From the NCBI GenBank assembly GCA_963719235.1, contig CAVRBS010000014.1:64688-128687 (forward strand): 64,000 nucleotides of DNA, written 5' to 3'. This stretch comes from an uncultured Bacteroidales bacterium. Lineage in GTDB: Bacteria > Bacteroidota > Bacteroidia > Bacteroidales > VadinHA17. Below are positions 56,769-64,000 of this stretch, in pieces (position 1 is the stretch's first letter; each line of letters begins with the position of its first letter). Under the pieces are notes generated by a model, which saw only the letters and a list, made by a program, of their open reading frames with translations, was not told the DNA's origin and made no database searches. Position numbers and translations under genes: made by a program.

Positions 56769-59228
56769 CTACTTATCAGGTTTAAGGATCAGCGTATACT
56801 TTGCTGAAGAGAGGACGGCTTCATCAGTAAAGTGATCTTTATAGAACTTACCCCCGATATAGGAATCTATCTGTGAGAGGTAGAATTCGCTGTGGGGAAC
56901 ACCTGAGGCACCGCCGGGTATTACAGAATACGACTCGTCCCAGTCGGCTGTGTTGAAGATATGTCTCACCGACGCTCCTATATTCACCTCAAAGCCCGGC
57001 TTAAAGGAAAAATAAGGACTGACAGTATGGTCACCCCCTCCTACTTCGTATTCATCAGAATTCAGGTTAAAGAGTAAGTTCAGTATTTTTACTGAACCCA
57101 GCGGGTGTACAAAAGTGAGGGTATTGATTTTGCCCCATTTCCAGTTTTCCGGATTCTTGCCATGCTCTTTTATCAATGCTCCAATACCTTCCCTGAAGCT
57201 CTGCATCACAATGTCTTCCAGGGTCTCCACCAAATCAGTGTTTACATTATCGATCCATTTACCGGGTTTGTCGGTGATAATTCTATATACGTAATATTCT
57301 CCCGACAGGTAGTTCAGGTGCTCATACATCTGGCCCAGTTCGTCAGCGAGGAGATTCCTCTTAAAACTGATCCTGAAGAACTCAAGAACTGTAGGAGCTA
57401 TCAGGGAAGGGTCCATATTGTAATCCCAATCTGTCAGGGCTGCCAGGGCCGTGATCTCTGCCGGAGACAACTCGGTAGTTCTGTCTTTCAGCTTCAGAAC
57501 AATGGGAGTGAGCAACGCAGCAAGGTAAGAATGCTGGTCGTTCACCATCCGTTTAAAATCTTCTGTGTCTAAAACTGGCTTTTCATCAAGCATCTGCCTT
57601 ATCCTGTGTATCCTGTAGGGTACGAAATAGTTCTGACTGATAAAATACGGATAATCGCCGTCCACGGTTTTATTATTAGCCGATGAGACATATCCGTTTG
57701 CAGGATTATAGCTGTAAGGAAGCTGTTCAAAGGGGACATATCCCTGCCAGTCATATTCGCCGGTCATCCCGTTACGGATCATAATGCCGTCACCTTTTCT
57801 AATAGGGATGCCTCCGGCAGCATTCAGTCCTATATTTCCATCCGTATCAGCATACACAACATTCTGGCTCACCAGCCTGAAGGTGCTCAATGCCGATCTG
57901 AAGTCGTCCCATCCCCCGGCCCTGTTAAGCAGATAGACAGACCTGACCTCGTCGCTCTCATCGTATCCCACCCATTTCATGCTTAGAGCAATACTGTCCA
58001 CATGATGAAAACCATTGAGATATTCGAAACCAGTCCATTCCACCTTGTCTGAAGGATCGGCAGGTTTGAGCAAACCTGTAAGTAATGGTCCCCTGTGAGT
58101 GGACCTGATAACAATGGTATCCTTCTTCCCGCCTTTAATGGCAATTATCTCGGATCTGTCAGTCATGTCCTTCCACTCGCCGTTAAAAAGATACTGGTCC
58201 GGGTTTTCAGGATTTATTTTCTCTGCATAGATATCAATGTCATCAGACAGGAGGTTAGTCATGCCCCAGGCAATTCTCTCGTTATGTCCTGCCACGATGA
58301 ATGGTTCGCCGGGTATCATGACGCCCGTGACATTTAGTAATCCCGGGATCACCTGGTGCATCTGCATCCATATACCCGGGTTGGTAAGGGTCAGGTGCAT
58401 ATCGTTTGACAGGATGGGTCTGCCGGTCGCGGTTCTGTCCCCGGATACAGCCCAGTTATTGCTTGCAGAGGAAGCGCTAACTCCAAGATCCCTGACCATG
58501 TCAGCCGAGGCAGTAAGTGAAATGACTTCATGGATCAGGCTGTCGCTGATATGAAAATCAGGATATGCGAAATCATTTGCCACATCCCAGTCGGGTATCA
58601 GTTCGGAAGCCTTTTCTGCTCCTCCCAGCAGAATAAGGGAGTAATTAAAAATCTCATCGTCAAGGTTTTTTGAACTCAGATTCCAGCCCAGCAATCCTAA
58701 TATACTGACGATATCCTCCAGGGTCCATGGTTCAGGTTCATAGGAGAGTACCCTGAATTCGAAAGGCAGTTTTCTGCCGGGTGAACTGATAAATGCATTT
58801 ACGCCATCGGTATAGGCCTGCAGGCATGCGACTATTACGGGATCTTCATCCCTCAGCATAAGCTTTGATTTTTCCTTTATCCGGAGACACCTGGTAAGGA
58901 TGTCGGTCTGCACAAACGCTTTGCCGAATATCTCAGCCATCCGGCCGGTGGAGCTGCGTCTTACCAGGTCCATCTGCCAGAGTCTCTCCTGCGCTGTGAT
59001 GTAGCCTGTGGCAAGGTACAGATCATGTTCGCACGTTGCATAGATATGAGGCATGCCTCTCTCATCCCTGAATACCGTGACGCTGTCAGTGAGGCCGGGA
59101 ATGACAATTATTCCTTCATACTGTGGTGACGACTTGCCGGTTTTATCTGGTGATGGAGCGAGGCCGGATGTCAGCAGAGCCGTCAGAAGCAGGAATCCCG
59201 AGAATAGTATTCTTACAGGAGTTTTCAC
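56769..59228 (-). CDS. Penicillin/AHL acylase family (peptidase S45, Ntn hydrolase)
   Basis: 819 aa with a signal peptide, VFRDERGMPHIYA, QERLWQMD, and the beta-subunit nucleophile in SSASNNWAVSG. Confidence 0.85.
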   Translation of the reverse strand: MKTPVRILFSGFLLLTALLTSGLAPSPDKTGKSSPQYEGIIVIPGLTDSVTVFRDERGMPHIYATCEHDLYLATGYITAQERLWQMDLVRRSSTGRMAEIFGKAFVQTDILTRCLRIKEKSKLMLRDEDPVIVACLQAYTDGVNAFISSPGRKLPFEFRVLSYEPEPWTLEDIVSILGLLGWNLSSKNLDDEIFNYSLILLGGAEKASELIPDWDVANDFAYPDFHISDSLIHEVISLTASADMVRDLGVSASSASNNWAVSGDRTATGRPILSNDMHLTLTNPGIWMQMHQVIPGLLNVTGVMIPGEPFIVAGHNERIAWGMTNLLSDDIDIYAEKINPENPDQYLFNGEWKDMTDRSEIIAIKGGKKDTIVIRSTHRGPLLTGLLKPADPSDKVEWTGFEYLNGFHHVDSIALSMKWVGYDESDEVRSVYLLNRAGGWDDFRSALSTFRLVSQNVVYADTDGNIGLNAAGGIPIRKGDGIMIRNGMTGEYDWQGYVPFEQLPYSYNPANGYVSSANNKTVDGDYPYFISQNYFVPYRIHRIRQMLDEKPVLDTEDFKRMVNDQHSYLAALLTPIVLKLKDRTTELSPAEITALAALTDWDYNMDPSLIAPTVLEFFRISFKRNLLADELGQMYEHLNYLSGEYYVYRIITDKPGKWIDNVNTDLVETLEDIVMQSFREGIGALIKEHGKNPENWKWGKINTLTFVHPLGSVKILNLLFNLNSDEYEVGGGDHTVSPYFSFKPGFEVNIGASVRHIFNTADWDESYSVIPGGASGVPHSEFYLSQIDSYIGGKFYKDHFTDEAVLSSAKYTLILKPDK

Positions 59229-59440
59229 CTGTTGCTTGAGATATCTTTACAAAAGGTAAGAAATTTCAGGGAAACAAAAAAATAATAAAGGCAGTTGGCA
59301 ATAGAGTAGAGGGTGACCGTAAAGTTGCACTGCCTGCCACGGGATAGCGGAGCATGCAGAGCGAGGAGATTGTACAGAGCTACACTGTTAGGATAAACAG
59401 GATATGTGAAATTCAGATTTTACCATGTGAATTCATGGCT

Positions 59441-59838
59441 TTAAGACTTCAATTTCTGCTTACGTCTTCTCTTCCTGAAATCTCTGATATTAAGGAAAAG
59501 GGAAATTGCCAGGGCAGCGATGAAGGAATATAATGTAGCCTTGTCGACCAGGGATTGGTTAACATCAAGTCCGGTGAGACGGTCAATCAGATACTTAATA
59601 TAAGAGGTTGGCAGGTCGGTCATGCCGAGTTTTTCAAGAATATCGAAGTGCCAGTCAGTCAGCGGGCAGTATCCCGGAACCCCTACCAACAGTCCGAGAA
59701 AGAGCCATGAAGCACCAGTCAGCGCCAGGGTTATCAGGTTAGCCAGCCTGGTCTTCTTCCATATCCACCCAAGAGGTTGAAGAGGGTCAGGGAGGTGTGG
59801 AAGACCACAAATAATATGTCGAGGATTCTGTATAGCAT
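59441..59838 (-). CDS. DUF2784-family membrane protein, frameshifted at G-run about 59765-59770
   Basis: ATG 59836-59838 gives MLYRILDILFVVFHTSLTLFNLLG. The frame of ORF 59441..59971 continues WIWKKTRLANLITLALTGASWLFLGLLVGVPGYCPLTDWHFDILEKLG. The longer ORF-track N-terminus runs through an intergenic repeat and is spurious. Confidence 0.65.
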
Positions 59839-59920
59839 GGGGCAAGGGGCATGGAGCAAGGGGCTGTTTGAATATCGAACAAGGATTAACGATTTTTGAA
59901 GTCTGAATTGATAACTGACA

Positions 59921-59975
59921 GCAGACTGCAGGACCGCAGGACTGCAGGACCGCAGGACTGCAGGACCGCAAGACT
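59921..59975. repeat. Octamer tandem array GCAGGAC(C/T) x about 7 abutting a stop codon
   Basis: The sequence is gcagact gcaggacc gcaggact gcaggacc gcaggact gcaggacc gcaagact. The last unit overlaps TAG 59974-59976 of the DUF3795 gene. Confidence 0.9.
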
Positions 59976-60261
59976 AATTAGACCTCAGCAGCCCAACCCT
60001 GACGCCGATGAGTCGCTGATGCTCCTCGTCGCTGGTATTCGGGTCTTTCATCTGCAGGAAGGTGGCGCATGGCAGCTCGGCACACTGACCGCAGTCCTTG
60101 AGCCCCTTCTTGTTGACCGAGCAGTCATACAGAGGACAGACCTTTGAAGGCATCATTTCTTTGGCCCAGAAGGTGGAGCCTTTGACCATATGGCACCCGG
60201 TGCAGGTCTTGTTGAAGAATTCGCACTCGTCACATTTAAGTCCACAGGCAGAGAGTATCAT
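59974..60261 (-). CDS. DUF3795-family Cys-rich (zinc-binding) protein
   Basis: MILSACGLKCDECEFFNKTCTGCHMVKG...CPLYDCSVNKKGLKDCGQCAELPC. ATG 60259-60261 is preferred over the TTG at 60282. Confidence 0.75.
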   Translation of the reverse strand: MILSACGLKCDECEFFNKTCTGCHMVKGSTFWAKEMMPSKVCPLYDCSVNKKGLKDCGQCAELPCATFLQMKDPNTSDEEHQRLIGVRVGLLRSN

Positions 60262-60442
60262 GGTTGTATGGTTTTGATGCAAGGTACTAATTTATTTTTA
60301 AGGGCAGTCAGCAGTCAGAAGCCGGCAGTCAATTTGCAGACCGGGGACTGAAGACTGAGGACCAAGAGTGGATTGGATTTCTGAATAATTTATCATAACT
60401 TTGATAATACATAGTGCGTGCGCATTCTTAAAAACTGAACGT

Positions 60443-61693
60443 ATGAAACGCTTCATGAAAATATTGTTTCTGCCGGTATTAGGTTTGCTGGTAATAGTAA
60501 TGCCGGGGTGCTCCGGCGAGGAAGAGAGCCATTTAGCCAATATAGAAGGATTTGTGCAGAAGGGACCCTTCGTCCAGGGCAGTTCGGTGACAGTATTTGA
60601 CCTCAGAAACGATCTTACCCAGACCGGCATTTCCTTCAATACCCAGATAAATGACAACAAAGGTTCATTCTCACTGGAAAGCATAACGCTCAGTTCTGGT
60701 TATATAACCCTCAGAGCTGACGGTTTCTATTTCAACGAGGTGAAAGGTGAGGCGTCGAAGTCACAGATTACACTTTATGCCCTTGCTGATGCTGATGATG
60801 TCAACAATGTCAATGTAAATATTCTCACCCACCTTGAAAAGGCACGGGTAGAATATCTCATCAAAAACGGGAAGAGCTTCTCGGAAGCCAAATCGCAGGC
60901 TCAGCAAGAGGTGCTGAAGATCTTCAGCATCGAGAAGAATGATATCACGACATCTGAAAACCTTAATATAACGGAAGGAGGAAATGACAACGCCATCTTG
61001 CTGGCGGTATCTGCTATCGTCCAGGGCTTCAGGTCCGAGGGTGACCTGACCGAGCTGCTGTCGAACATCAGCAACGATATCAGGGAAGATGGCATACTGA
61101 ACGAGGGTAACCTTGGTTCACAGCTGGTGTCTCATGCCCTGTACCTCGATACTGCAGCAATACGTGATAACCTGATCATGAAGTACCAGCCCCTGGGGGT
61201 TAATCCTGACTTCGGAGGGTTTGGAGCATACGTAATGAATTTCCTGGGACAGACAGAATTTGACCCGGTGGAATCAATAATAAGCTATCCGCAGACGGGA
61301 ACATACGGATTTAATGTGCTCTATCTGTCAGGAAATCAGTATGCTTCAGGGATGGACAAAAGCTACAGCCTCGCAGCAGGCCTTCCTGAAAATATTTCCC
61401 TGAAAATCAAGTTGACGGCATCTGAGTGCAGATCAGTCCTGATACCTTCCTCAGATTCAACTGCTTCATATCTGCAGATTACACCAAAGATCTGGTACTA
61501 TGGCTTTGGGAGCGGCGTGAACTGGTCAGTAAGTACTTTTGACACGAGCACATCAACACAGGAATTTACCTCACTAGAACCGGGAAAGACATGTGACCAC
61601 AAATTGCACTTTGAGAAGGGTAAATTTCTCATTGAATATTTCGAGATGAATTCTGCCACTCCCACCCGCACCAGGGAGATTACTATGAACTGA
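60443..61693 (+). CDS. Hypothetical lipoprotein
   Basis: ORF 60401..61693. ATG 60443 gives MKRFMKILFLPVLGLLVIVMPGC (lipobox). The N-terminal region is beta-sandwich-like (IEGFVQKGPFVQGSSVTVFDL). Confidence 0.55.
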   Translation: MKRFMKILFLPVLGLLVIVMPGCSGEEESHLANIEGFVQKGPFVQGSSVTVFDLRNDLTQTGISFNTQINDNKGSFSLESITLSSGYITLRADGFYFNEVKGEASKSQITLYALADADDVNNVNVNILTHLEKARVEYLIKNGKSFSEAKSQAQQEVLKIFSIEKNDITTSENLNITEGGNDNAILLAVSAIVQGFRSEGDLTELLSNISNDIREDGILNEGNLGSQLVSHALYLDTAAIRDNLIMKYQPLGVNPDFGGFGAYVMNFLGQTEFDPVESIISYPQTGTYGFNVLYLSGNQYASGMDKSYSLAAGLPENISLKIKLTASECRSVLIPSSDSTASYLQITPKIWYYGFGSGVNWSVSTFDTSTSTQEFTSLEPGKTCDHKLHFEKGKFLIEYFEMNSATPTRTREITMN

Positions 61694-61715
61694 CCACTGA
61701 AACAATAAAATATTT

Positions 61716-62447
61716 ATGAGGAAGCCGACTCTTATGCTGGCCATGATCATTCTTATGATCCCGGCGCTGGCACAAAATGACGGAACCTTTCAGTTTGCAC
61801 TGGTGTCTGACACGCATATCGGCGGGGATGGTGCTGATGAGGATTTGCGGCGGACCGTGAACGACATCAATACCAATGATTCGCTGGCCTTTGTAATAAT
61901 TTCGGGCGATGTGACCGAGTTCGGCTCCGACCTGGAGCTGCTGCTGGCAAAAAAGATACTTGACGGGCTGAACAAACCATGGTATATTATTCCAGGTAAT
62001 CACGACACGAAATGGTCGGAGAGCGGAGCCGAAAGCTTCCGCAGGGTCTTCGGGTCGGAAGCCTTTGCATTCCTTCACAACGGGTACCTCTTCATCGGCA
62101 CCAACTCGGGTCCGAACATGCGCATGGGTCCCGGGCAGATCCCCCGTGAGAACATCGTGTGGCTTGACTCGGTGCTGAATGTGCCTCAGAACAGGGAAGT
62201 GAAGATCATTTCAATCAATCACTATCCTCTTGATGACGGCCTTAACAACTGGTATGAGCTTATTGACAGGCTGAAAAAGAGAGATGTGCGGCTGGCGTTA
62301 TGCGGCCATGGTCACTCAAACAGGGTGCTGGATTTCGAAGGGATACCGGCTCTGATGGCCCGCTCGAACCTGCACGCCAAAGATAGCGTCGGAGGGTATA
62401 ACATCATTCGCTTTCAACGGAGACACAATGCTGACAGCATGCGGTGA
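61716..62447 (+). CDS. Calcineurin-like metallophosphoesterase, secreted
   Basis: It has a signal peptide, FALVSDTHIG, ISGDVTEFG, IPGNHD, NHYP and CGHGH. Confidence 0.8.
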   Translation: MRKPTLMLAMIILMIPALAQNDGTFQFALVSDTHIGGDGADEDLRRTVNDINTNDSLAFVIISGDVTEFGSDLELLLAKKILDGLNKPWYIIPGNHDTKWSESGAESFRRVFGSEAFAFLHNGYLFIGTNSGPNMRMGPGQIPRENIVWLDSVLNVPQNREVKIISINHYPLDDGLNNWYELIDRLKKRDVRLALCGHGHSNRVLDFEGIPALMARSNLHAKDSVGGYNIIRFQRRHNADSMR

Positions 62448-62492
62448 GAATGCCGGGTGTTGTAACGCTGCCTCCATGGACTTCGAGTGAAG

Positions 62493-64000
62493 ATGGCAAT
62501 GCATGACTACAGCAATGATACAGCCTCCTATCCCCGTCCTGATTTCTCCGTGAACATGAAATACCCTGACGTGAAAGAGTTATGGCGTGTGCAGGAGAAG
62601 AGTGATATAGGCACAGGGTCGGTAATGGCCGGAAGCTTGCTAATAGTAACAGGTACCGATGGGTACGTAAGGGCCCTGGATATTGAATCCGGTCAGCAGA
62701 AGTGGCAGTTTGCCACAGGAGCAAAGATTTACAGCACACCGGCTGTCAGCGGGAAGAGAGTGATCGCTGCTGCCACCGACGGCAAAGTGTATGCCCTGAA
62801 GCTTAAATCGGGGAAAAAGAAATGGAGCTTCGACTCACAGCAGCCGATGGTGTCATCGCCGGTAATCCATGGTGACAGGGTGTACATTACAGGATCCTCG
62901 GGCAAATGCTACGCCCTCAGACTGGACAATGGCTCAGTGATATGGAGCAATGATCAGATCGACGGTTTCGTGGAGACCATACCGATCGTCTATAAGGGCA
63001 TGCTGATCTTCGGAACATGGAACAATCACCTTTATGCCCTGGATACCGGGACAGGTAAGATAAAATGGGACTGGAGCACCGGCCACAGCAACCGTATGCT
63101 TTCACCTGCCGCATGTGTTCCGGTTGCCGTCAATGACAGGGTGTTTGTGGTTGCGCCTGACAGAAAGATGGCATGTATTGATGCGATGACGGGGAAGCTG
63201 ATATGGAATTCTGACCTTGATGGCAACAAGGTCAGGGAGTCAATGGGCATCTCTGCTGACAGCACACTCGTCTACGCCAAGACGATGGACGGGAAGATCA
63301 TATATGTAAGAACTGACGGCCAGGAAGGTGTCATTTCTGGTAAGGCTAATGTCAGTATGGGGTATGACATAGCTCCAGGAGTTATCACAGAGAGAGACGG
63401 GGTGGTCTTTGTTCCGACAGACAAAGGATTCATTTACGCTATAGCCAGGGAGGATGGCAGGCTTCTATGGGCACACAGGATTTCATCATGCCTTATCAAT
63501 CATATATTGCCGTTAGGCAGTAACTCATTGGTATGCAGCTCAATGGATGGTGTCATCACCCGGCTTTCATTTACCGTTACCGCGAGTGATGATCTTAAGC
63601 AGTGGCCTGTGGGATCGTCGCCGCAGGAGATCGGAATGCGCATAGCAAAAAAATTCCTCAGCACTCCTCACTCACAGTTTAGCTATTTACAATATTCAGT
63701 CACACCTACTCAAATAACATATTCCGAAGCATGCACCTGGCTGGGCGGGCTCTGGCTCGCCGGTGTTACGGACAATGCTGATCTGCTTGCCAGCCTGAAG
63801 CAGCGGTTTGATCCTCTTTTCGACACTGACAAGAGGCTTTTACCTCCTCCCAACCATGTTGATAACAATGTGTTTGGCGCGGTACCCCTTGAGCTTTTCA
63901 TGCAAACAAAAGAAGAGAAGTACCTTGAGACGGGGAAAAACTATGCTGACACGCAATGGATCCTGCCACCCGGTGCCAGCGAAAATGAGAAAGCATGGCA
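62493..64000 (+). CDS. PQQ-like beta-propeller repeat protein with C-terminal six-hairpin-glycosidase-like (GH88/GH105-like) region; 3' end outside window, 5' end uncertain
   Basis: The frame is open from 62466 to the window end, so it is not in the ORF track. It has repeats DGYVRALDIESGQQKWQF, DGKVYALKLKSGKKKWSF, KCYALRLDNGSVIW, HLYALDTGTGKIKW and MACIDAMTGKLIW. The tail is ...ITYSEACTWLGGLWLAGVT...EEKYLETGKNYADTQW. It is probably one gene with 61716..62447. Confidence 0.65.
   Translation, partial: MAMHDYSNDTASYPRPDFSVNMKYPDVKELWRVQEKSDIGTGSVMAGSLLIVTGTDGYVRALDIESGQQKWQFATGAKIYSTPAVSGKRVIAAATDGKVYALKLKSGKKKWSFDSQQPMVSSPVIHGDRVYITGSSGKCYALRLDNGSVIWSNDQIDGFVETIPIVYKGMLIFGTWNNHLYALDTGTGKIKWDWSTGHSNRMLSPAACVPVAVNDRVFVVAPDRKMACIDAMTGKLIWNSDLDGNKVRESMGISADSTLVYAKTMDGKIIYVRTDGQEGVISGKANVSMGYDIAPGVITERDGVVFVPTDKGFIYAIAREDGRLLWAHRISSCLINHILPLGSNSLVCSSMDGVITRLSFTVTASDDLKQWPVGSSPQEIGMRIAKKFLSTPHSQFSYLQYSVTPTQITYSEACTWLGGLWLAGVTDNADLLASLKQRFDPLFDTDKRLLPPPNHVDNNVFGAVPLELFMQTKEEKYLETGKNYADTQWILPPGASENEKAW

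Noticed and set aside
59839-59971. N-terminal 45 residues of ORF 59441..59971 (MRSCSPAVLQSCGPAV...)
   Set aside because: This stretch is a translation of the GCAGGAC tandem array and the dispersed repeat. The real DUF2784 gene starts at ATG 59836-59838 in a neighbouring frame.

Overview
This 64-kb window looks like a Bacteroidota chromosome. The evidence is a SusC/SusD pair, a T9SS C-terminal sorting domain, FISUMP paralogs and TTG/TAnnTTTG-type promoters. I saw no rRNA, tRNA, CRISPR array, transposase or integrase. It holds about 55 protein genes, mostly envelope, hydrolase and transport functions.

Main points:
1. A 13-kb single-strand operon (28764-41672) is headed by SusC/SusD. It contains no carbohydrate-active enzyme. 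It carries two YWTD beta-propeller lipoproteins, a lipoprotein cyanophycinase, a YfcC-type permease, isoaspartyl dipeptidase, an M14 carboxypeptidase and an enolase-superfamily racemase. I read it as a PUL-style locus for cyanophycin (poly-Asp/Arg) and know of no described equivalent.
2. Three co-directional genes, the last two translationally coupled, encode Aim24, a membrane TIR-TPR protein and an unusually long class-V PLP enzyme (48924-53939). A 31-nt tandem repeat sits upstream of the TIR promoter.
3. An orphan YcaO is linked only to a Tat-signal protein (3416-5303).
4. At least ten genes are broken by single-base frameshifts, mostly in or beside short same-base runs. This points to assembly indels, but one gene also has an in-frame TAA.
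5. Two zones of gene decay and duplication (14.4-17.6 kb and 42.4-47.3 kb) include a deletion remnant of a metallophosphoesterase gene. This remnant and its intact copy bracket an AT-rich three-gene insert.
6. Many intergenic spacers carry short 7-8-nt tandem arrays, often right next to stop codons, plus two dispersed repeat families.

All family assignments come from motif recognition by eye. No database search was run, and all coordinates were hand-derived.
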